A stretch of 64,000 bases of DNA from Octopus vulgaris (taxonomy: Eukaryota). Positions 33,744-48,362 of the stretch are shown piece after piece. The position numbers were made by a program, and so were the translations under genes. Location: assembly GCA_951406725.2 (NCBI GenBank), contig OX597824.1, positions 4,464,001 to 4,528,000 of the forward strand, read 5' to 3'. The notes below the pieces were generated by a model that had not been told where the DNA came from, did not search any database, and saw only the letters and a list, made by a program, of their open reading frames with translations. Position 1 is the stretch's first letter. Each line of letters opens with the position of its first letter.

Positions 33744-36465
33744 CTAAACGTAACAACATATATGAATGAGCAGGATTAGAACGGAATGGGTTACGTAGAA
33801 CATTACTGGCAGACATTTTATTGTCATTTGGAAAAGATGAAAGGTAATTCTGATTAAATGTATCTAAGCACAATTAGGATTGCTAATACAGAGAAGTTGA
33901 GACAAAAAAGTGTAGAACAACCAGCTGAAACTTTGATGGATGGCATCTTGTCACCAATATTGTTTTGCGTCTATGACCAAGAACATCATCTTTAAATGGC
34001 TGTGTGTACCACTCTGAAAGTATAGGCACCTCAGGTAGATATAATTCCCCACTTTAGACAATATCCTCAATGTTGGTGTCATTGTTGTTTAGCCCTGAGT
34101 TAGCCCTGATGGAGCAGAACTATGATTAAAGATATTCCAAACATGGCCATTCATTTTTTTTCCCCAAGCATATTACACTCTTCACTACATTATTTAATAT
34201 AATGGGTAATTATTACCCATTATTGAGATTGGGTAATTGTCACCTTGCTTGGAAACAAGTGAAGGTTCAGCATCAAGAAGGCTATCTGGCTCTGTAGAAA
34301 ATTGTGTCCCAAATATATTCTTATCTGACACGTCCAATCATGGAAAAGTAGATGTTGTTCAAACAATGATTATGATGATGTTTGTCATATGCGTGTGTGT
34401 GTGTGTGTGTCATAGAAATGATCTAAGCTGTTTGTTTATATATGTAGATATACAAACAATACATAAACACACACACACACACACATACATAAATGCATTA
34501 TACAAGTGGTCATCGTGTGTGTGTGTGTAAAATGTGTTGGTGCATTGCATGCAATGTGCACTCACACTGTGCAGTGGGTCAGTTCATTCACACAGAAGGT
34601 AGGCAGTGGAAGCTATATATAAATCGCACATCATTAGTTATTGATTCAATGATTTATTTGTTCGTTCTATACCCAATTATTTGTTGTGAGTAGTTTTTGT
34701 CACCTGCAGTCTACGCAACTGCACCAGCCAACTACACATACACACACACGTACGTACGTACGTATGTGTTCATGTATTTGTATACATTTGTGTATGTGCC
34801 AATGTACATTCAACCACAATGTGGAATGTGTGTTTAAAGTGTAGAGTAAACAGTTTTGATCATGTTCATCTTCAGAGTCGGAAGTTAGCACTTAAAACTG
34901 ACACCGAGTTGTTGTTGTTGCCTTTTTTTGTTTTTTGACTAGTTGTCAGCCTTTGGTGAAATTAAACATACATTGCATTAAGCTCTTTAATGGAAATCAC
35001 AAATAGATACAAAAGACAACAGGCTGTAAACTCAACGAACACATTCACTCCTGTGATGTGTATGGCCCTTAGCTCTTTGTTTCAGTTACGGTGAAACAGT
35101 AGCAGCAAAAGGAAGAGTAAAAAAAAAAAAGAGAGAAGGAAGGAATTATAGGAGATCTGTAAATCTGGAAATAATTAAGGGAAGCCCATAATGGAGTAAA
35201 GGTAAATTCTTAGTCGGCCTAATCTCTGACTCTATTTCAATTCTTGGTTGTTGCCATCAGGAAATAACAACTATAGCTTTCCTTACATCAGAAAGTGCTC
35301 TTGAAAAACTAAATAATATTCAGTTTTAAAATTATTCATTCTCTAAATATGAGATTTTAGATCTTGGGTATTTGATGTAAAACAAGAGGCAAGATTCTGT
35401 TGAATCAAATCTGGTTTTTTTCCATACCAATGTATTTATGCTATGACTATCCATGAGACAAGCAAGGTCACTATGCAATCTCAGCAGTTTCTCTCCCTCT
35501 CTCTTTCTAGCAAATAGATTTATGTCTAATTAAGAAATCATTGTGCTTGAAAGAGGCTTGGATTACATATAATCTCATTTTATTTTCTCTATGAATTAGT
35601 GATCATATTTATATCTTGTTGAAGCAGAGTTTTCTATGGCTGGATGCCCTTCCTGTCGGCAACCCTCACTTATATCTAATATTTATATATTACCAAAGCA
35701 TAAATATTAAATACTTATGAAGGTCATAAAGTTAAATGTCTTGGGGGCTAAACCTTCTAGTTCTGCCCTCTACAATTTGTCCAAACTCCACCACTTTAAT
35801 AATGTATATCTACATAAACTGCACAAGTCCACTAGTTTATAGATGAGGTTTATAGGAGAATGAATCAATCCCTAAATATGCATCTTACTTACTGATCAAC
35901 TCAGGATACGATTGGTTGTGAAAAGTAAATTTAACCTGGGCAAAATCTGATCACAGAATGGTACGCTTGTAAACGAAATTAAAAAACTCTATTACTTTGA
36001 CCATTTGCCTTATAACGAAAATACAATAATAGTGAAGGGAATAAGAACTTTTTCTATCTACAAGGCCAAGCTTTCTTGATAACATTTTACAGGTAAAAGG
36101 TATGGAACCAGCATGAAACCCAAACTACTTCAAAGTATGCAGTAGATATTGCTTCAATCAATTTATATTTCCATTCTTCTGTCCTAACATATATGAAATT
36201 TATATGTGTGCCTACGCTGCTGCAGTGTGTACTTTTGTAGCCACTCTTCCTACCCTGAAGCAGGTATGGCATCAGATTGCAAAAATAGAGACAAGCAGCT
36301 TAACAACTTTACCTCAAATCACATTAAAATGTCTATAACAAGATTTGAATTTATAACAAAGAGTTGAGCAGTTTTCATCTTAAACTTACAACCATGTTTC
36401 TAGTGATTCATTTCAAAACAATTATTCTAGATTTCAGGATTTTGAAGTGAAATATATATATACAG

Positions 36466-36496
<31 letters not shown>

Positions 36497-36599
36497 TAAA
36501 TTAAAAATATTAAAAAAGATTTTTTAAACTAGATAAAATATATTAATAAAGGAAAAAGTTATCATCTCAAAATATTGCTGTCTTATTAAACATTACCAC

Positions 36600-37030
36600 A
36601 TTCATTTAATGTCCACTTTTCCATGCTTGCATGGGTCAAACTGAATTTGTTGAGGCAGAGTTTTCTATGGTTAAATGCCCTTCTTGTTGCCAATGCTTAC
36701 CTGTTTCTAAGCAAGGCAGTACTTCCCCATGGATGGACATATTTTCATTGTGGTTGGAATGAAACAACATCAGTTACCTGACAGTGATGCTAGTTTATAT
36801 CCACTATGTAATGTCAAGTCAAGGCACACACAGCCACACACAATTATATACATATGTATAATGACATATACATACAGATACATACACACATACACACAAC
36901 AGGCTTTTCTCAGTTTCCAACTACTAAATCCACTCACAAGACTTTGGATGACCCAAGGCTATGGTAGAGGGTAACCCCACAACAAGACTGATCCCAAGAA
37001 CACAGGATTGGGAAAGAAGCTTCTCAACCA
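36600..37030 (-). mobile_element. Old RTE-type tail followed by a SINE family 1 head
   Basis: CATTTAATGTCCACTTTCCATGCTTGCATGGG, then AATCCACTCACAAGACTTTGG...CCACACAGCTACGCCTGCACCT. Confidence 0.7.
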
Positions 37031-37372
37031 CACAGCTACGCCTGCACCTGTAACATGGTAAGTTTCATTAAATTAATACCTTTTTCAATTATGATGTGGC
37101 TTTTATTAATGGCTCAGAGATTAAGTCTGAAAGAACCATTTCACTTGTAATTGACTTTATCAAAATAATGTAAGAAATTTAATGTCTTTCTGCTAATTAT
37201 TAATTCTGGATGAAGTATCTCTTACTGACAATAGCAAAACCTTGTTCCAACTTCATCCAGTACGTATTCTGTGCAAGCTTTTCTGCCTCTCAAATTGTAT
37301 TAGTTCTTAAATAACTTGCCACATCTTTTCTCAAATAACTTAAACAGATTTCTATTGATGATAAATGAAATG

Positions 37373-37585
37373 TTAACCCTTTCGTTACCAACCCGGCTGA
37401 AACCAGATCTGGCTCTGAGTACAAATGTCTTGTTTTCATAAATTTTGTACTAAAATCTTCCATCAAACCTTAGTCACAATTTATGTTCCTAACACTAGCT
37501 GAATGATAATAACTAAGTTATTTTACTAAAGTAATTGAAAGAAACAGAGAGTATCTCAACAGAAATACAGTAACAAAATGGTTAA
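37373..37585. mobile_element. TTAA-flanked MITE (piggyBac-type)
   Basis: TTAA-CCCTTTCGTTAC ... GTAACAAAATGG-TTAA. A second, truncated copy is at 53521-53621. Confidence 0.82.
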
Positions 37586-37891
37586 TACTATTATTTTGTT
37601 GTTATTCAGTCCCACATCAGCCTTCACTGAGCATATCTATAATCAAAGTCATTCCAGCTATGACCATGTCATCCAGTCATTGCTTATCTAAGACTACATT
37701 AGCCATTGTGACCATTCTTTATTCAAAACAACAGGTTATAATTTGAAGATTTCATTACTATTTCTAGCAGGTGAAGAAACCACACAGAGAACTGCTTGTT
37801 GGTTTATATTTCATCTTTATATGAGTATGTTTACCAGTCATTAGTTTATGAGCATAAATTATTCATAATTTCACCCAAATATTAAGCAAGT

Positions 37892-38125
37892 ATTTATTTC
37901 TTTATTGTCCACAGGGGGCTAAACACAGAGGGAACAAACAAGGACAAAGGAATTAAGTCAATTACATCAACCCCAGTGCATAACTGGTACTTATTTAATC
38001 AACCCTGAAAGGATGAAAGGCTAAGTCAACCCTGTTGGAATTTGAACTCAGCATGTAGTGACAGACAAAATACCACTAAGCATTTTGCCAGGCATGCTAA
38101 CAATTCTGCCAGCTCACCACCTTAT
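37892..38125 (-). mobile_element. SINE family 2, full unit
   Basis: Reverse complement of the 61577-61985 unit, including the tail AGCCCCCTGTGGACAATAAAGAAATA. Confidence 0.82.
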
Positions 38126-39439
38126 AAATCATTAAGCGAGTATTGAAGTCTATATAAAGCTTATCAAGTATCCGAAGTTTAACCTTCTACAGTAGCTCAT
38201 TTAATGTCACAATCAATTAGTTGTCTCTAACTTTACATATTTTCAATAAGGCCTGTGATATTCTTTTTTCAGAAATGCAAATAAATCCTTGCACTCAGCT
38301 TCTTGAATTCACTATTTCCATTAAACCAGTCTTCTTTAAAATGACACTGTATCATTTTATACTTGTCACTGCAATACAATTGTCCAGTGTATTCGATTAC
38401 ACATGCTGGGGCCACCAAGACTGAATAGATACATTGCTACATTACGTTTATATTATTGAAAACTGTTATATCATTTAACTCTGCCATTTTAGAATTATTT
38501 TGTCATAGAAATTAATAATGTGTATGTGAAATGTTATGACAGCATTAAATTCACTCATTAGAAATGCTGTTTAGTCATTAAATTTAAGCCCTAAAATATA
38601 ATTATATCAATAGAACCTACCATTAACATCTGGTTAATATATCTGATTACATAAAACCAATCTCGAAAGGATGAAGAACAGCATGAAATATAAAGCTTTA
38701 GAGATTTAATACTGCAGACCTTTAATCCAATAAATAATGTACCATTTCTGTTAATAATAGTACCTTTTTTGATTTATTTACAAGGTCCTAGATTCTCAAC
38801 AGAGGAACATGCGATGCTTCCTGGAAGATAATTCCAGGAATGAACTGGAATGTCTTAACACAAGAATTAAATCTCATCCTAGGCTCTTCTTAGCCCACAC
38901 ATAGATTTTCTCATCCCACCACCTCTCATCTCTCCTGCTGAGCCATTAGAGAAGCATTTACATGGTCATTCAACATGCTAGAAATAACAACTAAATCCTT
39001 TGCAACTCTATTGTCTTGAAGAAAAATTACACATTTGATAATGTGATCATAGAGATGCAAAAATGGGGTGGCTCTAGCCAATCTGGCCTGGGGATAAACA
39101 AGAACGCTACCGCATTTCACCTCACATATTCCACATTAAGTGGTTTTCTTTTGTAGGAAATTTTCCCTCTGGAATTCCTTCTTTGTCCACACTTCTTATC
39201 CCGGAGATATCGCTTTTCAGATTCCCTGTGGATAGGCCCCAATACCATCTATTTCTTTCTCTCTCTCACTCACTTTGACAATCTCTCTAACTCTCTCCCA
39301 GCTTCCTTCTCCTTCCAGGGTAGCCATATATCTCTTCTGTAGTTAGACAACTATCTCTGTCCTTCAATTATACTCTAACCACTTGCCTAGCACACAACCA
39401 CTTTCCTCAGTTCCACTCCTCCTCTCAACTAAAAGGTTT

Positions 39440-39701
39440 TTCTCTTGCAAGTTACTTGGTGATCCCATTGATGCTGGTGCCACATAAAAAGCACCTGCAC
39501 CGGTACCACATAAAAGCACCCAGTACACTCTGTAAAATTATTGGCATTAGGAAGGGCATCCAACCATAGAAACCATGCCAAAAACTGACAATTAGAGCAT
39601 GGTGAAGCTCTCCAGCTCTCCAGCTCTTGTCAAACTGTCCAACCCATGCCAGCATAGAAAATGAGCATTAAATAAATGAAAATGAAGATGATGATGATGA
39701 A
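39440..39701 (+). mobile_element. RTE-type 3' tail
   Basis: TTGGCATTAGGAAGGGCATCC...GTCCAACCCATGCCAGCAT...(GAT)n. Confidence 0.8.
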
Positions 39702-41315
39702 TATCAGCCACATTTTTTTAATACCAGTCTGGGAAACCCTGCTCCTGCTCCTCTAACTTGCTAAAAGAAGAAAAAAAAATACAATATTAAAAGAGACCTT
39801 ACTTCTGTTCTCTGTGATTAATATAAGTTTTCTCGAGTACAAAACCTTTTTCTGCAAAGGAGACAGAATTAGTTGCTTACAACAAAACCAGTACAATACT
39901 GATACATACTTTATGTCCCTGATGATGATTAAAGGAATATGACATTGTTCCAGAATGGTGAGACGCTGCATGACAAAGCTTGTAATGAAGTTCTCTATTA
40001 ACAGCAGGAAATTCTAATTTACTGTCCTCAATTGTGATTAATAAAGAGTTAAGTAATAATCAATATATTATAACTAGTTATTAAAATACCATTGCTATCT
40101 AATTAGCTATTGGAATATCATTAATATATATTACACTATAATATCTACCATATTATATCAGAGCCAAACATATATTCTAATTAAGTCACTTGATTAGTAA
40201 AATGCTTTTTGCTAAATGTAATATCAGAAAAAAAAAACATCAGCAAGATCAGATGCTGTTTGGTGACATAAAAATGTGTGCAGTGGTGCATGTAGAGTGG
40301 CCTGGTGGATGAGGAGGTTAATAGACTTCTTTTTAGAAATAAAGATTCTCAGTTTGAATTCTGTGTAGTGTTTCCATCCAGTGTTTTAAATCCGGGTTTT
40401 GTCCCTGATAACAAGGGTGGCTGGATCTACCTCAATGCCATAGCAACCAAGGTAGGCAGGTGCAGCCCACCCCAACCCTTGGGCTGGCTAGTGCCAATTC
40501 TCCTTTGTTATTATGAGGCTTTTTTGGAGCTGGATTTTCTATGGGGACCATGCCCTTGCTTACCCCCAACCTCAGTTTCTAGACATGAGGGGTCCCTATG
40601 ATTTTTAAGAAATGTGACGGAAAACTAGCTCAGGAAGGCAGGGATCCCTTTTGGAGCCCCCATAAATGTAGGAACAATACATTTGATGGCAATTATACAA
40701 CAAACTGAAGAAAAAAAGAATATAAAGACATTGCAAATGTGAGATCAACAATTTGCAAAATTACATTGTTAGTCCTAGGACTGTTAAATATTTATGAGCA
40801 GATGGGATAACTCAGTTCATAAGCAACATCCTCACATAGTTTGACATTCACTCAACACTGTACATTGTTAAAAAAAACTAAGTTCCACTGTATGGCTTAA
40901 AAAATATTGGTTATGTATATATGTATGTAAATAAAGTTAATCCAAACATGAAAACACAAAGAGAAAACACAACAACGTGAGGACATGGAACAAGTATAGT
41001 GTTATTGGATGATCAGGAAAGGAAAGAAAGAAGGAAGATTTAATGTTTGGAGCAGCACACTCTGTTAGAAACATAGAAAAAGGAAAGATCCAAAGACGGA
41101 AAGACGGAGGAAAAAAAATTCCCAACATATATATATATATAGATGAGTATGTGTATGTGTGTGTGTATATGTGTGTAAGTTGTCTAAGAGTTCATAGTCA
41201 GGAAAAAATGCACTCATATATCTGTCAGTTAAGTGGGTATATTAATCGAAGTATATTAATTGATTAGTACGATTGGCTGTAATGGATATATAATACTGTA
41301 CACTTCAATTCATAT

Positions 41316-41570
41316 ATTCTTTTATTCTTTTATTCTTTCCCTTGTTTCAGTCATTTGACTGCATCCATGCTGGAGCACTGCTTTGGAGGTGTTTAGTCGA
41401 ATAAACCGACGCCAGGACTTCTCTTTTAAGTCTAGCTGGTACTTATTCTGTCAGTCTCTTTGGCCAAACAACTGAGGTATGTGGATGTAAACACTCCAAC
41501 ACCGGCTGCCAGTGAAGCGGGGGCAAACACAGATGCAAAGATGCACACACAGATATATACATACATACGG
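41316..41570 (-). mobile_element. SINE family 1, 3' half
   Basis: CTTGTTTCAGTCATTTGACTGC.TCCATGCTGGAGCAC. Confidence 0.82.
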
Positions 41571-41872
41571 CGAGACCCCCTTCAGTCATGAATGACCATG
41601 GGATTGCGCCTAGAAAGTTTCCCTCAAGGTACAAGTCCAGGCATACCAGCCTCCCCTCTCCACACCACTGATGTTATCCAAGGGAAAGGCAAAGGGGCTG
41701 ATACAGCTTGGCACCAGTGATGTTGCAACTCATTTCTACAGCTGAGTTTAACGGGAACAACATGAAATAAAATGCCTTGCTCAAGAACACAACACACAGC
41801 CTGGTCTGGGAATTGAACTCACTACCTGACGATCGTAAGTTCGACACTCTAACCACTGAGCCATGTGCCTTC
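41571..41872 (-). mobile_element. tRNA-headed SINE family 3
   Basis: The minus strand has TGGCTCAGTGGTTAGAG (A box), GAGTTCAATTCCC (B box), then a CORE-like GTGTTCTTGAGCAAGGCATTT. Confidence 0.75.
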
Positions 41873-41963
<91 letters not shown>

Positions 41964-42143
41964 GTAGAGTTAGAGGTTGGAATAACTGTCTGAAGGATAA
42001 AAATATTTGTTATACTACTGGTATAATTATTTTATCTCTAGACATACATATGCAAGCATATTATGCTCGTAGATTACAGGTAATGACAAAGGTAAACATG
42101 AGTTAATCAGGAATCAAATTTAAAGTAAACAGAAAATGGAGAA

Positions 42144-42175
<32 letters not shown>

Positions 42176-42409
42176 CAAGATATACAGAGAAGTTCAACTC
42201 AGGCAGACTACGATTGGTGTATACATATACAGATTTAATATGAAAGATTTGTCTAAAACATATATTAATACATTCAGAATATGAAGATATAGAAATATAA
42301 AATATATATGAATGTTAAAAATATGCAAGGACAAATAAATGTATAGATATGTAAATATAATACAATATAGATAAAAAATGCTTTCTATGTAAATTTATAA
42401 TTATATATA

Positions 42410-43022
42410 TCATCATCATCATCATCATCATCGTTTAGCGTCCGTTTCCCATGCTGGCATGGGTTGGACGGTGCAACTGGGGTCTGGGAAGCCAGAAGGC
42501 TGCACCAGGCCCAGTCTGATCTGGCAATGTTTCTACGGCTGGATGCCCTTCCTAACGCCAACCACTCCGTGAGTGTAGTGGGTGCTTTTTACGTGCCAGA
42601 CGAGGCTGGCAAACGGCCACGGTCGGATGGTGCTTTTTACGTGCCACCGGCACGGAGGCCAGGCGAGGCTGGCAAATGGCCACGATCGGATGGTGCTTTA
42701 TATGTATATATATACAATGGGCTTCTTTCAGTTTCCATCTACCAAATCCACTCACAAGGCTTTGGTTGGCCCGAGGCTATAGCAGAAGACACTTGCTCAA
42801 GGTACCCCACAGTGGAACTGAACCTGGAACCAGTGCTAGTGCCACGTATAAAGCACCCAGTTCACTCTGCAAAGTGGTTGGCATTAGGAAGGGCATCCAG
42901 ATGTAGAAACCAATCTAAAATGACAATGGAACTTGGTATGGTTCCTGGCCTTGTGAGCTCCTGTCAAACTAGCCAACCTATCCCAGCATGGAAGACGGAC
43001 ATTAAATGATGATGATGATGAT
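42410..43022. mobile_element. Composite: RTE tail (-, 42410-42700), SINE family 1 head (-, 42717-42831), RTE tail (+, 42832-43022)
   Basis: Each segment matches families defined above. Confidence 0.85.
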
Positions 43023-43166
43023 ATATAAAGTGCTATGGCCATATACATTTACTCTGCCCCATGGTTAAACAACAGGATTTATTTCACCAGATTGTAATTA
43101 CTAAATACTCTTGGACCAGACTCAGAATACATATTTTTTGTATTGCATAAAATTGAACTGAAACAT

Positions 43167-43269
43167 GGAAACTGGATGTACCCAAGGACGCAGATGTACC
43201 CAAAGAAACTGAACGTTCTCAAGGACACATATGTACCCAAGGAAACTGGATGTACCCAAGGACGCAGAT
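43167..43269. repeat. 37-bp minisatellite built from alternating 19- and 18-bp subunits
   Basis: GGAAACTGGATGTACCCAA and GGACGCAGATGTACCCAA alternate for ~2.8 units. Confidence 0.9.
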
Positions 43270-44879
43270 CATGTAGGCTATCTAAATAGGTTTGTTTGAT
43301 CTGATTGAGTAGAGTTGACAGGAACTTCTAAAAGCAGGAACAACAACCACAATCTCACCAAATTATCTTATTGTCGTTAATGTGTCTGAACTAAGATCAT
43401 TGTTATCTTTTTACATTCACTTTTCCATGGGTTGGACAGGGCTTTTTTGAGGTAGGGTTCTATGATCAAATGCCCTTTCTGATACCAACTCTATATGCTG
43501 CCAATAACAGTCTATCTGAGGCAAAATATAAGTTTTAATACTCAATGAACATTTGTAGACTAATGAAAAGAAAAGCAATAAACAACTGCCACAAAACAGC
43601 TCATCAATACCGGAGTCAGATTGAGATTTGTATCACCAAGTTTGAGTAGAGGAGTAGGGGCCGAAACTGGACATGGTTCCTCCTGATGATGTCTTGAGCT
43701 AACTGGATCCTATAAAGGAGCTGTTGTGGTAGCAGACCATGAAACACGGTTGAAATTCTTCCTTCCTAATTATTTTCACATCACAAATACTTTCTAAAAA
43801 TATCAATCAACTCCAGCACTTGACTACTTTATATTATCAGACTCTTGGAGAATTGGAAGGCAAAGTTGACCCTGGCAGGATTCGAAAGCAGTGGAATGAA
43901 TTGTAACTAAATATCACAGTCATTGTGTCTTATGCTCTACCACTTCCGCCAATCCACCACTTACACAAGTCACTGTCCTCTCCCTGCATTGATCTTTATT
44001 AACCTTCCTTCTTTGATAATCAGTTTTAATATAAATTATAAGTTGGCTTTCAGAAGTCCGTGTAATTTATCATCATCTCCGCTCTTTTTTTTTTTTTTCC
44101 ATTCAAGTCTTTATAGCAGCCATGAATAAATATATCTTAAGTATTTACTACAAAACAATCAACTGAAAATGTATTTTTTGTGTCAAATATATTGAATATG
44201 TTTAGTTTTGAGATCAGTTAATTACAGAGTTCCAAGTCTTGACACTTTGAAAGACACCATATTTATTCATTTCAGATGAAAATTAACCAAACTGCAACCA
44301 TTGTAATATCTTGGAATTATATATTAATGACTGCTAATAGATGGTGACTAACTAATAATATAATAATTTCTAGCATTGGTACAATGCCATCAATTTGTGA
44401 AAAGCTGAAGTGGTTCTAGTCAACCCTGGTACTGTATTGCTTAAGTTACATGTTACATATTCCTTTATGAGAACAGCAGAATCTGAACTCAGAATGTAAA
44501 AACAAGTAAGCTAAACAATACAAGACATTTAGTCAAGCAGTCTACCAATTCTGCCATCCGTTACTCTAATAATATTGTTTCTAATATAGACACGAAGCCA
44601 CACAAAATTAGGAAAAGGAGTGAATTGATTAAATCAACATAATATTTGACTGATACTTTGTTTTATTGACTATGGAAGGATGAAAGGCAAAGCTAATCTT
44701 GGTGGTATTAGGATCCATAACATAACTGAATCGTGTAGAATACAGTAAGTTCAGAATATGTAGAGATAAGGAAGAAACAAATGACTACGTGGTCTCTGGT
44801 TACCCAGGCTTGGCCAAGAAAAAAATGCATCTATAGGCGTGACAGGATTGAGACTAGTATACACCAGAGGTTTTGCTAG

Positions 44880-45240
44880 CATTATGAAATACCAACAGGA
44901 AGGAAGTGGTATAAAGAAACAGGAGAAAAGATTGCTGACAATGGCAAAGCAACTCTGGGATATGGCAATATATACGGACAGAGAAGCAGGGAAAGAAATG
45001 CCTTCTACTAGAAATATCAGTCCCAACAGATGACAATGTATCAATCAAAGAAATGGAGAAATTATCCAAATGTAAAGATTTGGAAATAATGATAAAATGA
45101 ATGTGGGAGTGAAAGAGAAACAATCCCTATAATAATAGATTCCTTAGAAATGATCAAAAGACATGAAGACAAATACATAACAAAAATTCTGACTTACAAA
45201 TATGCACAATATGCAGAAAACCAGGAACTGCACATGTTCA
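44880..45240 (+). mobile_element. R4/Dong-like LINE C-terminal restriction-like endonuclease relic
   Basis: LWDMAIYTDRE / KKCLLLEISVPTDDNVSIKEMEKLSKCKDLEIMIK*MW / TIPIII matches the RLE pattern of R4-clade elements. Confidence 0.82.
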
Positions 45241-45339
45241 GTGCAATAGAAATAACAAAACGCTGCACATACTGAAGGCACACAAAGCTGTATGTGATAA
45301 TGGAAAGAAATCATTCAATGAAAATAGAATCGTCACCAT

Positions 45340-46080
45340 CATTATCATCATCATCATTTAACATTTGTCTTGGCATGCATTGGACAGCTTGACAGGAGCT
45401 GGCAAAGCCAGGGAGCTGCACCAAGCTCCATTGTCTGTTTTCACATGGTTTCTATGGCTGGATGCCTTTGTTGATGCCAACCACTTTACAGAGTGGACTG
45501 GGTGCCTTTTTTATGTGACACCAGCATTGGTGCTTTTCACATGGGATCAGCACCAGCAAGGAAAGGGAGTGGTGCTGAGGGAGGTGGCCGTGTGCCAGTT
45601 AAGAGGTTAAAGTATAATAGAAGGTAGAGATAGGTGTCTTACTGTTGAGGAGATACTTAGCAACCCCAATAGGAAAAGAAAGGAGAGGAAGGAGGGAGAG
45701 TTAGAAAGATAGAGAGAGAGACAACAGAATGAGAGAAATTATTGGTGTTGGAGATGCCTTGGGATGTACACCCACAGGGTAGAGTGCAGGGAACATAGGT
45801 GGCACTGAGAGGATGGGGAGGTACGTTTCATCAAGAGTGTGAGGGGTGGATGTTTAGAGATGGGGAAGAGTGATGGTGAGAGAAACTGGAGTGGCTGACA
45901 GGAGTATGATAGATATTTGAGGGCACAGAGAGTGTACAGGTCGGGGGGGAGTGAGGGTGAGCGGAGGGGACTGCAGAGGGCAGTGGGAAGGTAGAGGTGT
46001 TGAGAAGATGGGTTGTGGGGAGGGGGTAGACAAAGTACAGATTATGTCAGTCTATGTGAGTGATGAATGATCATAAAAGA
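45340..46080 (-). mobile_element. RTE-type tail plus a purine-rich upstream region
   Basis: (CAT)n...CTGGATGCC...GCCAACCACTTTACAGAGTG. Architecture resembles the reverse of 17380-18110 and 39230-39700. Confidence 0.6.
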
Positions 46081-46179
46081 CATGCCTGTGTGTAGAGTAA
46101 CGATTTTACTAAGCTTGACATGTCTTCTCAATCACAGAAATTTGCCAGAAATCTCAGTGCTTTGTTAGGCTCAGCATAC

Positions 46180-46863
46180 CATCATCATCACCACCATCAT
46201 CCCTTAACGTCTACTCTCCATGCTGGCATGGGTTAGGCCATTTGAGTGGAGCTGATGAGCCAGAGAGCTGCACCAGGTTCCAGGCTGATTTGGCATGGTT
46301 TCTTCAGCTGGATGCCCTTTCCTAATGCCAACCACTCCAGGAGTGTAATGGGTGCTGTTACGTGCCACTGGCACGAGTGCCATTTACATGACACCTGCAA
46401 CAACCATAACTGCAATTCACGGGTGGATGCCATTTACATGGTGCCAGCAGCGACCACATCGTTTATCTTTTATCTTTCACTCGTTTCAGTCACTAGACTG
46501 TGGCCATGCTGGGGCACTGCCTAGAATTTTCAGTTGAATAAATCAACCCCAGTACTTCTTTTTTTTTTAAGAAGTGGTACTTATCAGTCTCTTTTGCTGA
46601 ACTGCTAAGTTACATGGATGTAGACACACCAGCATCAGTTGTCAAGCATTGCTGGGAGGACAAACACAGACAGAAAAACACACACACACATATATAATGA
46701 CAGGCTTCTTTCAGTTTCCAGCTACCAAATCCACTCACAAGGCTTTAATCAGCCTGAGGTTATAGTAGAAGACACTTGCCCAAGGTGCCACACAGTGGGA
46801 CTGAACCCGGAACTATGTGGTTGGGAAGCAAGCTTCTTACGACACAGCCACTCTTGTGCCTAT
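46180..46863 (-). mobile_element. RTE tail (46180-46445) adjacent to a full SINE family 1 copy (46466-46863)
   Basis: Matches families defined above. Confidence 0.85.
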
Positions 46864-46952
46864 ATATATATATCATCATCATCATATATATATCTATGTA
46901 TATATATATGCGTCTATATATATATATATATATTCGTCTCTCTCTCTCTCTA

Positions 46953-46986
<34 letters not shown>

Positions 46987-48321
46987 CATATATATGCATA
47001 TAAATGCGTCTATATATATATATATATATATATATGCATACATATGCGTCTATATATATATATATATGAAATATTGAACCCAGTACTTAACCAGTAGTTT
47101 ATTTCATTGACCGCAGTGGAATGGAAGGCAAAGTTGACTTCGACGGAATTTGAATTTAGAATGGGAAAAATTCTACAAAGCTTATTTTTCTGATATTCTA
47201 ATGAGTCTTCTAATCCCATATCCTCAACAATTATTTCTAATTCAAGTAGAAGGTCACTAATTTTAAGAGAAGGACACTGGCCAAACATTGACCCTGAAAA
47301 GCTGAAAGACAAAGTTTACTTCTGCAGGATTTGAACTCAGAGTGTAAAGAGCCGGAACAAATGCTGCAAAGTATTTTTCTCTGCTGCTTTAATGTTGTTT
47401 CTGCCAGTCCAATGATAATAATGATAATTTATAATACGGACACAAGGTCATACAACGCTGGAGGAAGGCACGATTGATTGAAATCACCCCGGTACCTGAT
47501 TGGTATTTATTTTCTGAATCCTGGAAAGGGAGAGCAAAGGGAGAGCCAACTGGCAGGATACGAAAATAAATAGACATAATGAAATGCCACAAGGCATTTT
47601 GTACGGTGCTCTAGTAATACTGTCATCCACCACTCCGAACAACAACAACAACAGCAACAACAAGGATAGCAGCAGCAGCAACAATAATAATAATAGCAAC
47701 AACAATATATGGATGCCAGTTCATTTTACACACATTGTATTTAAAGTATTGGTATAAAATTCTACAAATCGATATTATTAGTTCCTGCTAGTATGATTGA
47801 TAACTACTACACACCCCCACCACACTTCCCGGCAACTTCGCTCTGAACAGCACCAACCCCCACCCCAGCCAACACCCACCCCCTCTGTTGGATTCACTCA
47901 CACTAATAATATCTAATTGACCACACTACAGAGCATGTGGTTGGCTGGTTGGTCGGTTGGTTGGCTGGCTGGCTGGCTGGCTGGCTGGTTGGTTGGCTGC
48001 TGCTAATACTAATGTTGGCAATAGTAGTAATGATGGTGTTGTTGCTGCTGTTGCTGCTGCTGCAGTCGCTGTTTCGCTAAGCCACCCATCAATATATGTT
48101 CAAGTCAGCCTGCAATATTGATTCTTCAGGAAAGAACTTAAAAGAGAGCGGTGCAGAAAAAGAGAGAGAAAGAGGGAAGAGGGAGGGAGAATAAAATCTT
48201 CTGTTTAGTCCTTCATTCAACGACGTACAAGAGTTACACACACACACACACACACACACAGATGTGTATATGTATGAATATATAGAAATGCATCATGATA
48301 GAGTCATACATACATACATAT

Positions 48322-48324
48322 CAC

Positions 48325-48362
<38 letters not shown>

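Noticed and set aside
34199-34223. Perfect 12-bp-arm palindrome ATAATGGGTAAT-T-ATTACCCATTAT
   Set aside because: It is real but short and AT-rich, at a junction of old repeats, with no further support for function.
34684-34738. Possible pre-miRNA hairpin
   Set aside because: It has only two short stems with a large unpaired middle and no mature miRNA that I recognise.
40932-41127. TA-flanked element with a possible further hammerhead remnant (~41035-41070)
   Set aside because: Both catalytic boxes are too mutated in this copy to support the call.
43167-43269. CRISPR-like periodicity
   Set aside because: There are no unique spacers and no cas genes, and the context is eukaryotic. It is a simple minisatellite.
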